From Octopus vulgaris (lineage: Eukaryota): DNA of 64,000 bases. The notes under the pieces are model-generated. The model was not told the origin of the DNA and searched no databases. It saw only the letters and a list, made by a program, of their open reading frames with translations. The DNA lies in assembly GCA_951406725.2 (NCBI GenBank), contig OX597820.1:76880001-76944000 (forward strand), written 5' to 3'. Below, piece after piece: positions 40,427-52,977 of the stretch (positions are counted from its first letter, which is position 1; each line of letters opens with the position of its first letter). Made by a program: the position numbers and the translations under genes.

Positions 40427-40898
40427 GTGAGTCTTTGCGTGGTGAAACGTTTGCTCCCACCAAACCACATAGTTCCAGGTTCAGTACCACTTCGTGATAC
40501 ATTGGGCTGGTGTTTTGTATTGTAGCTCCGGATGGACTAAAAGTATTGTGAGTGGATATGGTAGAAAGAAAATGGCCGAAGCATGTTCTATATACGTGCG
40601 TGTTTGTTGTGTGTGTTGGTGTGTGTTGGTGTGTGGGTGTGTGGGTGTGTCTGTGTGGCTATGTGAGTCTAAGTGTGTGTGTGTGTGTCTGTTTTTGTCC
40701 GAAGTAGTCGAGAACAAACACGGTACTGATGTGATTATGTTCCAGTAACTTAGCGATTCGTCAAAATATACCGATAGAATAAGTACCACGCTTAACAAAA
40801 AAGTACCTCGATCGATTTTCGACAAAATTTCTTCGAGGCGTTACCCCAGCATAGCCGCAGTCTAATAATTGAAAAAGTAAAATAGAAGAAATAAAAGA
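40427..40898 (+). mobile_element. SINE family A copy (diverged)
   Basis: CAAACCACATAGTTCCAGGTTCAGT...GTGAGTGGATATGGTAGA...GATAGAATAAGTACC...CCCCAGCATAGCCGCAGTC. Confidence 0.8.
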
Positions 40899-41366
40899 TG
40901 TGAGTGTTTGTGTGCATGTGTTTCTTTGAGTGTGTGTATGTGAGTGTGTGCGCGTGCACACACACACACATATATATATATACATGCCCACTCTTTTAAA
41001 TTCGAGTCGAACTCACCTTTGCTTTTCCTCTTTGTTAGTCTATAAATCAAACAAGAAAACTAGATGCTTTTCTCCATGTATATCCCAACCTGCGTCATTC
41101 GTTATATATGTCAAATGTGGTGGATACTGGAAAGAACTGAGCTTCGCTAAGTTTAAAATTTTATAAAATCATCGGAATCTAAACACAAAGTGGAGTATTA
41201 TATTTTCAGGTGGAGCCGAAACTAATTTTCAATGGGGATAAACAAAGCAAAGTTTGAAATACTGTCATTTCTGTACACTGGTATTTAATACTTCAGCTCG
41301 AAATATGTTGTGCATTTCATGGAAACGCAAAGCTTACTGTATAGACACAAGCTTGATTAAAGCAAA

Positions 41367-41367
<1 letters not shown>

Positions 41368-41432
<65 letters not shown>

Positions 41433-41467
41433 CAGCAGTAGTAATAGTAGTAGTAGTAGTAGTAGTG

Positions 41468-41531
<64 letters not shown>

Positions 41532-41560
41532 GTGGAGTGGCAGCAGCAGCAGCAGCAGAA
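41368..41560. repeat. (AGT)n/(AGC)n microsatellite
   Basis: Read directly; explains the poly-S/T/L/Y ORFs. Confidence 0.95.
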
Positions 41561-42764
41561 GAAGAAAATGATGATGAAGGAGAATAACCACCACAACAAC
41601 AGCAACACGAACAACAATGACAGCACAACCAACAACAAGGACACCAACAAGAAGGACAAAAGAATGATGGGTGAGGAAGTGGAATAAAGACAGTATTTAA
41701 CCATCATATATAACAAGTATTTCCAGAGACATTCTACTTACTGCAAATACATATGTCGCGTCTGATGAGAACCAGGAAGAAGAGAAGAAGAGAAAAGAAA
41801 AATACACTGTCAATGTAAAACCTATCGTTTCCATAAAATATTTGGAAGTGATTCTCTATCTCTATTGTATATTGCACACTTGCAACGGCATATTCGCATG
41901 GGATGTTCTTAGATTTATTTTTCTTAGATAAGATAGGAATAAGTGACCTTCAAATAATTGATATAAATCCCAAGGAACATCAGTCTTGTAATGGACTTCA
42001 CAAAATCTAAAAGCTTACTAATTAGAAATCTGGATTTACCAGTAATTAATTAGTTCTACTTGATGAGCGTAATGAAGAAAATCACTACAGAACCTTTAAC
42101 ATCTTACGAGTTTAGACATAAAAATCTTACACAGTTTGGACATTCAAACGAATTAGATGGAAGGAAAATTTAGCCATAGAAAAAATATTCTCAAGAGTAA
42201 AATTGTAAGCATAACACCGCACGGCTGAAAAAATCATCTCCTATAGAGCGAAAGGGGTAGATGAAAACTTGTCTACCGATAAAATCTGCACTTTTTTTGC
42301 ACCCAAAGAATACACGAGTTAGTTTCTCAAGAAGATTACCAAAGACTACGGCATTCTGAACAGTTGGATGTTCATATTGATATTCGTTACAAAAATAGTT
42401 TCCACAGCTTCTACACACACACTCACACACACACACACACACTCACACACGCACGCACACACACACACACACCTGCAAATATACATGCACACAGACACGC
42501 ATACATAGATACATGCATACATATATATTTATTTATATACATACATACAAACATATATACACATATATATACATATAACATACACGCACGCACACACACA
42601 TATATATTTATTTATATATATACATATATATATTTATATGTGTATATATATATGTGTGTGTGTATGTATATATATATATATATATATACATATAACACAG
42701 CCGCACACATACATATATATATACATACACATACATGCATATATATATGTATACATACATACAC

Positions 42765-42809
<45 letters not shown>

Positions 42810-42978
42810 CAAATATGTGGACAAACAGCGTCTTTCATTTATTTATACAGAAATATTGAAGATTAAGAACGGAATAAAACGCAGATGCTTTCTCACAAGA
42901 AGATTCATATCTTCATTTGCAACTGTACTGTGCGCTTTCCCAATTGTTAACATGCCTGTGAAACCGTGTGTGTGTATA

Positions 42979-43043
42979 CTCTTTTATACTCTTTTACTTG
43001 TTTCAGTCATTTGACTGCGGTCATGCTGGAGCACCGCCCTTAG
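42979..43043 (-). mobile_element. 3' tail of SINE family A (or its partner LINE), fused to a U6 fragment
   Basis: Minus strand CTAAGGGCGGTGCTCCAGCATGACCGCAGTCAAATGACTGAAACAAGTAAAAGAG, matching the tails at 4890-4947 and 52985-53040. Confidence 0.9.
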
Positions 43044-43091
43044 AAAAAATATGGAACGCTTCACGAATTTGCGTGTCATCCTTGCGCAGGG
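43044..43091 (-). pseudogene. U6: U6 snRNA 3' fragment (retrocopy)
   Basis: Minus strand CCCTGCGCAAGGATGACACGCAAATTCGTGAAGCGTTCCATATTTTTT matches the conserved metazoan U6 3' end. The 5' half, including ACAGAGA, is absent. Confidence 0.93.
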
Positions 43092-43276
43092 TATATTTAT
43101 AAGTTTTTATGCATGCATGTATGTGTATGTTTTAACCATGTTAGTATGGATGTACATATATCTTAGCTTTGTTTCGTAAATTTAAACTCGGCCATTCTTT
43201 GCAACGAAAGGCACTCCACTGGAATTGAGACAATAACAGTAACAAATTCTGCACGGATGTTTGGACATATAAATAT

Positions 43277-43357
43277 GGCATATGGCGTAGTGGTTAAGAG
43301 CGCGGGCTACTAACCCCAAGATACCGAGTTCGATTCCAGCCAGTGACCTGAATAATG

Positions 43358-43435
<78 letters not shown>

Positions 43436-45586
43436 TGTTCAAGGCATTTACTGCAGTGATATCGCAAAGGCTGAACAAGCACCTGGACGAAAACAAACTG
43501 TTCCCAGAAGAGCAGAAAGGATGCCGCAAGGGCTCATAAGGCTGTAAAGATCAACTAATGATTAATAAAGCCGTAACTGAAGACAGCCACACAAAGAAGA
43601 AAGGCCTCAGTATGGCCTGGATTGACTACAAAAAGGCGTTTGATAGCATCCCCCACACATGGATCCTCGAAACACTAGCCATTAACAAAGTAGCACCAAC
43701 AATCATAAAATTCATAGAGCACTCTATGAATAAATGGCAAACAGTCCTACACCTCCAAACAAAAGAGGGACTCATGAAAACCAAAGACATCCCCATTAGA
43801 AGAGGAATATTCCAGAGAGACACGCTCTCTCCACTCCTTTTCTGCTTGGCACTGTCACCTCTATCTGATATGCTAAATAGAACTGGATGCGGATATAAAT
43901 GTTACGGCAAAACGATCAGCCACCTTTTATATATGGATGACCTAAAACTATACGCTGCAAATGACAAACAGCTGGAAACACTATTAAAGACAGTTCATGG
44001 ATTTACCAAAAAAATAGATATGATATTTGGATTAGAAAAATGCGCCAAAGTAACCATGAAAAGAGGAAAACTAGTTAAGAGTAACAACATCACACTAGAT
44101 AAAACCAATGAAATAAAAGAATTAGACCAAAGCCAAACTTACAAATACTTAGGAATCCATGAACTAGATAAGACACAACACACACAATTGAAAGAGAAAA
44201 TAAAAAAAGAATATTATAGACGAGTTAGATCAATACTAAAAACAGAGCTCAATGCTAAAAACAAGATAATAGGTATCAACACTTTAGCTGTCCCAGTTAT
44301 AAGTTACAGCTACAATATCCTTAACTGGACACGAAATGAACTGTCCAAAATAGATAGGAAAACAAGAAAAATACTGACAGGATCTAGGATGCATCACCCA
44401 AAATCTGACATAGAAAGACTATATATACAACGTATAGAAGGTGGTAGAGGCCTTATACAGCTGGAAAACTACTATAAAATAACCACCATAGGACTGCAAA
44501 AATAGCTACTTCAGAAGGAAGGAAAACTGATCCAGATAGCAGCAAAACACGAGCAAAACAAAAAACTGTTCTCAGTATTTAAGGAAGCTGACAAATACAA
44601 ACAAGAAATCATACCATCTAATAAACACAAAGAAGAAGAAGAAGATGATGAAGAAACAACAAAAGCTATCAAACAAATGAAATCCAAACTAAAAATAGAA
44701 CAGCAACAAGCCATGATAAAACGATGGCAAGAAAAACCCCTTCATGGTAAATACTGCACTAAACTAAACGCAAAAGAAATAGACAAAGAAAAATCCCAGC
44801 AATGGTTGAGAAGCTCAGGACTCAAAGCAGAAACAGAGGGATTTTTAATTGCAGCACAAGACAAAAGCCTCCCCACCAGAAATTACCAAAAACATGTAAT
44901 GAAAAGAAATATTACAAGTAACTGCAGAATATGTGGAGATGGACAAGAAACAATAAATCATATTATCTCTAGCTGCCCAGTCCTGGCTAAGAAGGAATAT
45001 ATTCACAGACATGACAGAGTTGGAACCTACATACATTGGAAGCTATGCCAACATTATGGAATAACAACAGAAAAAAGATGGTATAGGCACACACCAGAAA
45101 AGGTCACAGAAAACGAGAAAGCAACCATACTCTGGGATATGCCGATACACACAGATAGAGAAATTAAGGCCAACAGACCAGATATAGTTGTCAGAGATCA
45201 TGAAGAAAAAAAATGCTTTCTAATTGATGTATCAATACCGGCAGATGACAACGTGTCTCTAAAAGAAATGGAGAAACTCTCAAAATACAAAGACCTGGAA
45301 ATAGAGGTAACTAGAATGTGGAACCTGAAAACAGAAACAATTCCTATCATAGTAGGTGCATTAGGCATGATAAACAAATATTCAGACAAATACATAACAA
45401 AAACACCAGGACTTACAAACACATATAACATACAGAAAATTGCACTACTAGGCACTGCATACATCCTAGGCAGAACACTTTCCATACAATAACCATCAGA
45501 GCATCACAACAAATCACAGCACATACCCAAGGCACACAGAGCTGCGCTCGGTAGTGAAGTGAAAGCACGCTATAAAAATAAAACTA

Positions 45587-45657
<71 letters not shown>

Positions 45658-45872
45658 GAATAGTAATAATAAAAATAAAAATAATAACAACAACAACATC
45701 GAAAAATACCTTAGGAATGACAAACCAGGTACGAAATTTCGCACAGACACCACATGAAGTCTGGAGGGTATATCAGGCGAAACATTGTGTTAACAAAAGA
45801 TGAGGTTAGATACCCGTGAATTGTAAATAATATGAATAATGTACATAATACTTCATCACTTAATTATAGAAC
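43277..45872 (+). mobile_element. tRNA-headed SINE-like element (head 43277-43350, internal (AAT)n, tail ~45690-45872 with hammerhead relic) interrupted by the Dong LINE
   Basis: A box TGGCGTAGTGG and B box GTTCGATTCC. The whole interval is absent from the inverted paralog at 47860-48120. Confidence 0.65.
43435..45589 (+). mobile_element. 5'-truncated R4/Dong-clade non-LTR retrotransposon (RT plus restriction-like endonuclease), inactivated by two in-frame stops
   Basis: One frame from 43435 to 45492 with stops at 43537 (TAA) and 44503 (TAG). RT motifs WIDYKKAFDSIPH, GIFQRD and LLYMDD; zinc knuckle CRIC...H....C; endonuclease motifs RHD, RPDIV, LIDV and EKLSKY. Flanked by (AAT)n on both sides. 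Confidence 0.96.
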
Positions 45873-45972
45873 TGGGATATATGTATACACACACACGCAC
45901 GTGCCTACATGCACACACGTACGCACACACACATTCCAGCGTGTACGCTTATGTGTATTTGTGAATTTGTGT

Positions 45973-46003
<31 letters not shown>

Positions 46004-46266
46004 CATATATAATATAATATAATATAATATAATATAAATAATATATAAATATATGCATATACACATACATATATATATGCATACATACATGCATATATGG
46101 TCACAGCACATCACAAAATGTAGACATAATGAGAAACGTGATAGGCGATATATAAAGCACATTCCCTTCATGAGTTGTCCCCTGTTTTATCTACTCCTTG
46201 TTTCGAAATATATTATATCATTTTATATTACATTATATTATATTATATTATATTATATTATATTAC

Positions 46267-46330
<64 letters not shown>

Positions 46331-46394
46331 GCACAGATTCAATCATCTCGCTACAGTAAAAAATTGTGAAGCATGACTGTCACCACTACTACAC

Positions 46395-46437
46395 GAACCT
46401 GAAGATTGCAGAATTTACTACATGAAAGTACTAGTTC
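46395..46437 (+). ncRNA. Minimal type I hammerhead, core intact, stem II weakened
   Basis: GAAC CTGAAGA TTGCAG-AATTTA-CTACAT GAAA GTAC TA GTTC. Stem I GAAC/GTTC, palindromic AGTACT stem III and a CUA site. Confidence 0.6.
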
Positions 46438-46741
46438 AATCATTTAACAGTCTATTATTTTATTTTATTTTATTATATTATATTATCTTATATCATTATA
46501 AGATTGTAAATAAAACGTGAAAATCAGACAAGGTTGGAATTCCTTTTATTAATATATTCTTCTATACACAATCACACACACCCGTATATATATCTATATC
46601 TATATATATACATATATATGTACATACATATAGATATAGATATACATATATAAATGATATATCTATAGAATGTATATATATATATATACGGACCCATGGA
46701 AAACGAACTTCCTCCAACTATATTGCCTATGTCTGCAGCTC

Positions 46742-47067
46742 AAGCAACAATGATATCCAGAGGTAATACAGTATGATCGCTTCATGCAATTCCACGTAAT
46801 TGAACAATGCAATCATTGCATTAATTTAAAATGCAGATAAAATCTTCAGCTACGCAAAGACATAGATATTAATTAAATCAGAACAGATGGACACATTACT
46901 ATATATTATAATAAGGTGCCATCTTTTCTAATTTGATTAAATTCCATGTCTTTTTTGCAGCTGAAGATTGCTCTGCATTTTAAATTGGTGCAATGATTGC
47001 ACTGTTCAATTAAATGGAGTTGCAGGAAACGACCGTACTGTATTACCTCTTGATATCCTTGTTGCTT
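46742..47067. repeat. Imperfect ~150 bp-arm inverted repeat; third partial copy at 47381-47424
   Basis: AAGCAACAATGATATCCAGAGGTAATACAGTA... pairs with ...TACTGTATTACCTCTTGATATCCTTGTTGCTT; the loop is near 46897-46915. Confidence 0.9.
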
Positions 47068-47230
47068 ATTTTGATTTTAATCACCTTACTTTGAAATTGT
47101 ATGCATAATACCGTACAAAATTCTGGTGCCTCTACTTAAGTACCATATTCATCTGAATCTATCTATATATACATATATACATGTTTGTGTGTATGTGTGT
47201 GCGTATACGTACATTCATACACACACACAC

Positions 47231-47281
<51 letters not shown>

Positions 47282-47442
47282 AATGTATGTATACGCACAT
47301 ATATATATGTACCCACATATATATATTTACGTGTGTGTGTGTATGAATGTATGTATATGCACACACATAAACACACAAACATCTATGTCTTTGTGTAGCT
47401 GAAGATTTGATCTGCATTTTAAATATGACCATTCCGAAATAT

Positions 47443-47482
<40 letters not shown>

Positions 47483-47859
47483 TCATACATATATATATAT
47501 ACATAAAAGTACACACAGACACATCTAAATGCCAACATTTTTCGACTTCATACTTTTATGTAATTTAGCTGAGAAAGATCTTACATAATGAATGCATTTC
47601 CAATTACATTCAGACAAGAACCGTATGCATTGAGTTCAAATCTTCTCTATTCATTATTGCAACTCAATAGGACTCAATGCCAGTAAAAGCCAGGTGTTAC
47701 TTATTCCATTTCTACGGATACTCAAATGATGATTTGGCTTAGTTCATTATAATTGAAACGAGTCGACAATTCTGATGCATGCGCCGCTTCTTACCATAGC
47801 ATGAAATACACATACAAACGGATATTCTCACATGTAAACTCACAGACACACGTATTTAT

Positions 47860-48242
47860 GTGTGTGTGTGTGCACTGACGCATGAGTGTGTGTTTGTACA
47901 TATATCCCATTCATCCATTTCCATATATATACGTCCAAACATCCATGCAGAATGTCTTCCTCTTATCGACTAAATTCCAATGGAGTGGCTTTGTTTGCGA
48001 AGAAAGGCCGAGTTTAAATTTACGAAACAAATCTAGAAATGTATGTACATCCATACCAACATGATTAATTCATGCACATACACGCATGCATACATGGCAG
48101 CTTATAAATATACACCCACACTATTGCAAACGAAGGTATGAATCGTGTTGTGAGAAAGCATCTGCGTCTTATTCCGTTCCTAATCTTCCATACATCTGAA
48201 TAAATATATGAAAGGCGCTTTGTTTCGTTCACATATTTGTAC
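47860..48242. repeat. Inverted paralog of 42808-42978 + 43091-43278 + 45873-45970
   Basis: For example TTTGTTTCGTAAATTTAAACTCGGCC (43168-43193) and ACGCAGATGCTTTCTCACAA (42879-42898) occur as reverse complements here. Confidence 0.88.
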
Positions 48243-48315
48243 TTCTATTTAAATCGCAGCAAACTATTGTTATTATCGAAATCGTCTTTATCGTTTAATA
48301 TTCAATATTCGTCTA

Positions 48316-48682
48316 TTCTTTTATTTGTTTCAGTCATTTGACGGCGGCCATGCTGGAGCATTGCCTTTAGTCGAACAAATCGAACCCAGGACCTATTCTT
48401 TGTAAGCCAAGTACTTATTCTATCGGTTTGTTTTGCCGAACCGCCAGGTTACAGAGACGTGAACACATCAACATCGGTTGTCAAGCGATTGTGGAAATAC
48501 AAACACAGAAACACACACTCACACACGCACATATATGACGGGCGTCTTTCAGTTTCCTCTACCAAATCCACTCACAAGGTTTTAGTCGGTCTATAGTAAA
48601 AGACACTTGCCCAAGGTGCCACACAGTGAGACTGAACTCAGAATCATGTGGTTGGTAAGCAAGCTACTTACCACACAGCCAC
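48316..48682 (-). mobile_element. SINE family A copy
   Basis: Colinear with 4884-5284. Confidence 0.9.
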
Positions 48683-49403
48683 GGATTCTTTTTATGGCGC
48701 AAGCGCAGTTAGAGACATCATTGTATACAGGAGCTGAAACAAATACACGGACATTATTTTGATCTTTTGTACTTCGTCCTATTTTCTTTTTTGTGCGTCT
48801 TTCTTAAAGCGACAGACTTTCCCGAATATTCTAGTGATGATGATAGCGATGAAGTTTTATTTTTATTTTTTCATTATTGTCTCTCGGTAAACACGTGATG
48901 ACCCCCATTATCTCTCGATTTGTCTTTATTCCCCCATTTTCTGTTGTCCCTCTCTCTTTCTCCTTCCTATTTCTTCTTTTTTTTGTTTTTGTCTTATTCG
49001 ATTTGTTCTAAATGATTTCTTGGCGCAAGTCACAATAGTGGACGTTGAATTTGACTGAACTTACCACCTCCCACACTGTTTAAAATTTATGCTACTGTTA
49101 GCGCTAACCGATACGTGAATACTTCTAATAATAATGATGGTGATGGCGATAATGGTGATGGCGATGATGATGATGATGATGATGATGTGTGTCATCATCA
49201 TCATCATCATCACCATCACCATCATGGTGATGCTTTAGTTACTCTGCAGTCAACTCGCTTAATTTATTTCTTTCTTTTTGAATTAATTTGCAGAAGCTGT
49301 AAGGCTTTCCACCAAAAGTTTCAATGATGGAGATGATGATGTTCTTTCGTGGTTGTTGCTGTGCTTTCGTTGCTATTTCGATGTTTTGTCTCTTACACTT
49401 CGA

Positions 49404-49447
<44 letters not shown>

Positions 49448-49706
49448 CACACACACACATAGATGTTGACCATTCTCTTTCGAATTCTCTTGTCTCTCAA
49501 TGGTAAACATTAGGTTCGATTACACCTACAGGAACAGATATTTCCGCCTCTCACCGCCGCTGAATCACTCACATCCTATCACTCTATACTAAATATGCTC
49601 CCATCCTCGTCGCTCCTAACATACGTAGAACTATACCGGTGTAATTCGTCTAAGAATCCTCATTACACATCTCCTTATATAATAATGAGTGTAGTGTTTT
49701 TATATA

Positions 49707-49786
<80 letters not shown>

Positions 49787-50099
49787 CAGAATCACGTCAG
49801 ACACGGAGGAGAGAAAATAGTAATTCAGTGAAGAAGTAGTGAGAGTCAAAGCTTTGACCGAGAGGGAGTGAGAGAAAGTAATTGAAGTGAGAGAAAGCAA
49901 GGGGTGATAGATGAATAAGGAAAGAAGAGGGTTTTAAAAAATAAGCGTTTCAACTCTGTGTGAGTATATTGTGTATGTGTGTGCGTATACAAGGGAAGTA
50001 TGTGAATGTATGTGTGATTGCTATGTACCTTATTTATATATAAAATATTACAATTAGCCGTCATTATTGACGGCAGGTGGTAAGTTAGTGAATAATGTG

Positions 50100-50410
50100 A
50101 TTACCAATAGAGTAAATACCAAACAAATAAGTAGCCAGAAATGAAGGCATTGTGGAAGACTAAGGCAGCAGTTGTTCCTGTTATAATTGGTGCACACTGC
50201 TACCGAAGAGGCTGAAGGATATCAAAATTGGAATTCGCATTGTTGACATGCAGAAAAGTGCAATATTGTATCCTGTAAGGATACGAAGAATGGTTCTTGA
50301 TATTTTAAGGAGATTTGTTACCACCAGACGTCAGATGATTACCCTACTGAACAAATTATCATCTAATACCTTAATAAAAAGAAAAAATAACAACTACAAT
50401 AATAATAATA
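50100..50410 (+). mobile_element. R4/Dong-type LINE 3'-end relic
   Basis: EMKALWKTKAAVVPVIIGA...QKSAIL resembles the C-terminus of the 43435 element, and the relic ends in an AAT repeat. Confidence 0.65.
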
Positions 50411-50599
50411 CTCCTTTCTAAATAAACGATTTGAATTTTTTCAGAGCTAGCAGAAGTTGTTTTGATTCCCTTATTCAGTCCGTATAGAATTTCTATCTAG
50501 TCATTCAGAAGGCATTTGAAATAAAGAAATACGTGAGTAGTTAACTGACGAGAGCGCGAAAAGTAGACAGCATGAGGAGCAAATGAGAGAAGTGACGGA

Positions 50600-51420
50600 C
50601 GGGGGTTAAAATTAATTTGGTTTTATAGAATTTGGCCAGGCGATGAAAACTGAGATGAATGAGAAAGTTGCAGCTGCACTGTGTGAGAAGGTGATCAGTG
50701 ATAATGATGATACGCTCCAGGAGTAAAATATGAAGAAGAATAGAGAAAATATTATCAAGAGGAAAGAGGAAGTCTTACACGGAGAGGTTTTTCCAACAAA
50801 CATCAGATGAAGCTGAGGAAGACTCCTGGAGAGGGATAAGACGGTCATATAAAGAAGGAAACAGGAGTGGTTCTAGTTGCTCAAGAACAAGCTTTGAGAA
50901 CCAACTAATGAGTAGCATTTATAAGAGAGGTGTATCAGGTTTGTGTAGACTATGTGGAGAGACAGCTGAGATAATTATCGGATGCACAAAAGTGACTGAA
51001 AAAGTGTACAAAAATTCTACAACAAAGAGGCATTTCTGTACGCATTGGGGGAAATCCAAAAATTATGAGCTAGAAAAGAAACCTTTTCTAGTAACCGAAC
51101 ATGACCAAGTGAAACTCACACGGGATACGCCAATAAATATAGACAACAAACTGAAACATAACCGAGCAGATACCACTGTCCTAATGAAGGAGTGAACAGA
51201 ACGGATCTTCATCGACATAGCAATACCTGCAGACTAGAATATTGTGAAATCAGAGTCCGAGAAAGTCGGGCAAAACTAGGACCAAGGATTGTATGTGAAA
51301 ATAATCCATAGAGCCTCAAAAGTTAGTGTGGTGCCTTCTGAGATCGGAGTATTTGGGACCACCTCAAAGAGAGAAATTGTAACATCAAAAGCTGCAAAAG
51401 CGAAGCTTCTCCAAGAATCC
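50600..51420 (+). mobile_element. R4/Dong-type LINE relic (zinc knuckle and endonuclease region)
   Basis: GHIKKETGVVLVAQEQALRTN, CRLCGET..IIIGC, KLKHNRAD and IFIDIAIP fragments, with stops and frameshifts. Confidence 0.8.
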
Positions 51421-51559
51421 TCATTATACATCTCCTATTTAGTCGAGCTGCAATATTTGGAACAAGTCATGGGTCGAGAAAAGTATTGCGTCTCTAGGTT
51501 GCGGGTTGGAACTGAGTTGTGACATAGATAAATCAAGAGAAATTAAGTGAATAAATTCT

Positions 51560-51728
51560 GGTCAATTATATCGACCCCAGTGTTCAACTAGTACTTATTT
51601 TATCGACCCCGAAAGGATGAAAGGCAAAGTCGACCTCGGCGGAATTTGAACTCGGAGTGTAGCGACAAAAAAAATGCCGCTAAGCATTTCGTCCGGCGTA
51701 CTAACCATTCTGCCGACTCATCGCCTTC

Positions 51729-51793
<65 letters not shown>

Positions 51794-51945
51794 TAATCCT
51801 TTCTACTATAGGCACAAGACCTGAACTTTTGGGTTGGTAGTAAGTCGATTACATCGACCCCATTGTTTCACCGGTACATAATTTATCGAACCCGAAAGGA
51901 TGAAATGCAAACTCTACCTCAGAACGTGAAGTTAGACGAAATGCC
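51560..51945 (-). mobile_element. Two SINE family B copies (51560-51728 and 51797-51945) separated by (AAT)n
   Basis: TTTTATCGACCCCGAAAGGATGAAAGGCAAAGTCGACCTCGGCGGAATTTGAACTC core, with a degenerate second copy. Confidence 0.85.
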
Positions 51946-52977
51946 TAGACTTCAAATCAGAACTTAAGGCAATAAATAAATACCACAAAGTATCTTACAC
52001 ATCTTTCCGTGCCAGCTTCTACAGGTATATTGAATTGTATGAACAACAATATACTGTGCATTTCATCGATGTTCGTTTATAGCCTGAATTATTTGAATTT
52101 TTTTCCAAAGGGAATTATATCGCAAACCCTTTTCACAGTTGCACAGAATTGTAATTTAACACTACGATTTTCACCGATAAACATTGTGGTGGAAACGTAA
52201 TTCAATGCAGCCATTCCTTTATCATAAATACCCTCAGTAAATTGCAAAGCAGTGCATTTGTTTTACCAGTGTGCATACAAACACAATAGAATCAAGTACA
52301 AATTAGCGTTTTTTTCCTTGCAAATTTATTCAACGTGCAGTTTTTAACTATACATATTCAGGTGAAAGCGAAATCAAACTCGGAACAATGTAGTTTGTTC
52401 AGTTAACTCATTAGAAAAGTGCTATGGGGCTACTTATGATAATAGGTACATGGGTTCTTAAAAATATCTTTCAAATCACATTCCTTCAAACTAATTGTGA
52501 AGTTAAAATCCGCTCAAACTGCAATATAAATTTCCTTCATTGTTAAACCGTTTAAATGAATTCACCTGGAATATATTTTGACTCACGTAATGATGGATGG
52601 ATAAGATATAAATTTTATCCATTCAGTCTTCCATTCATTTTCTCAGCTTGCTAATCCTGGTAGGATCATGGGATGGGGCGGTGTAGAGTCCGCTAGCATA
52701 TCCTGCATGAGGTCATATTAGAAGCAACCGTTGTAATGCTTCCATTCTGGATTCCTAAACGTAACCAACTGATATTTTGGATATTGTTCATCCATTTTGT
52801 TACTGGTCTACACCTAGGTCTCCTACCTGTTAGCTTAACTTGAACAACCTATATTGTGATTCTTTCTCATGATATTCTCAACACATGTCTGTAGTACTGG
52901 ACATGTGATTAGACCCAAGTAGTACGGGTATATAACGGGAATATAGCTGAAAATAGTCCCATCTATCTATATATATA

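Noticed and set aside
41760-41790. CTGATGA motif, and CTGACGA..GAAA at ~50545
   Set aside because: No flanking stems; chance matches.
43044-43091. Functional U6 snRNA gene
   Set aside because: It lacks the 5' stem-loop, the ACAGAGA box and upstream PSE/TATA, and it is fused to a retroposon tail.
44677-45492. Separate second gene (271 aa ORF)
   Set aside because: It is in the same frame as the upstream RT ORF and separated only by one TAG; it is the endonuclease half of a single LINE ORF.
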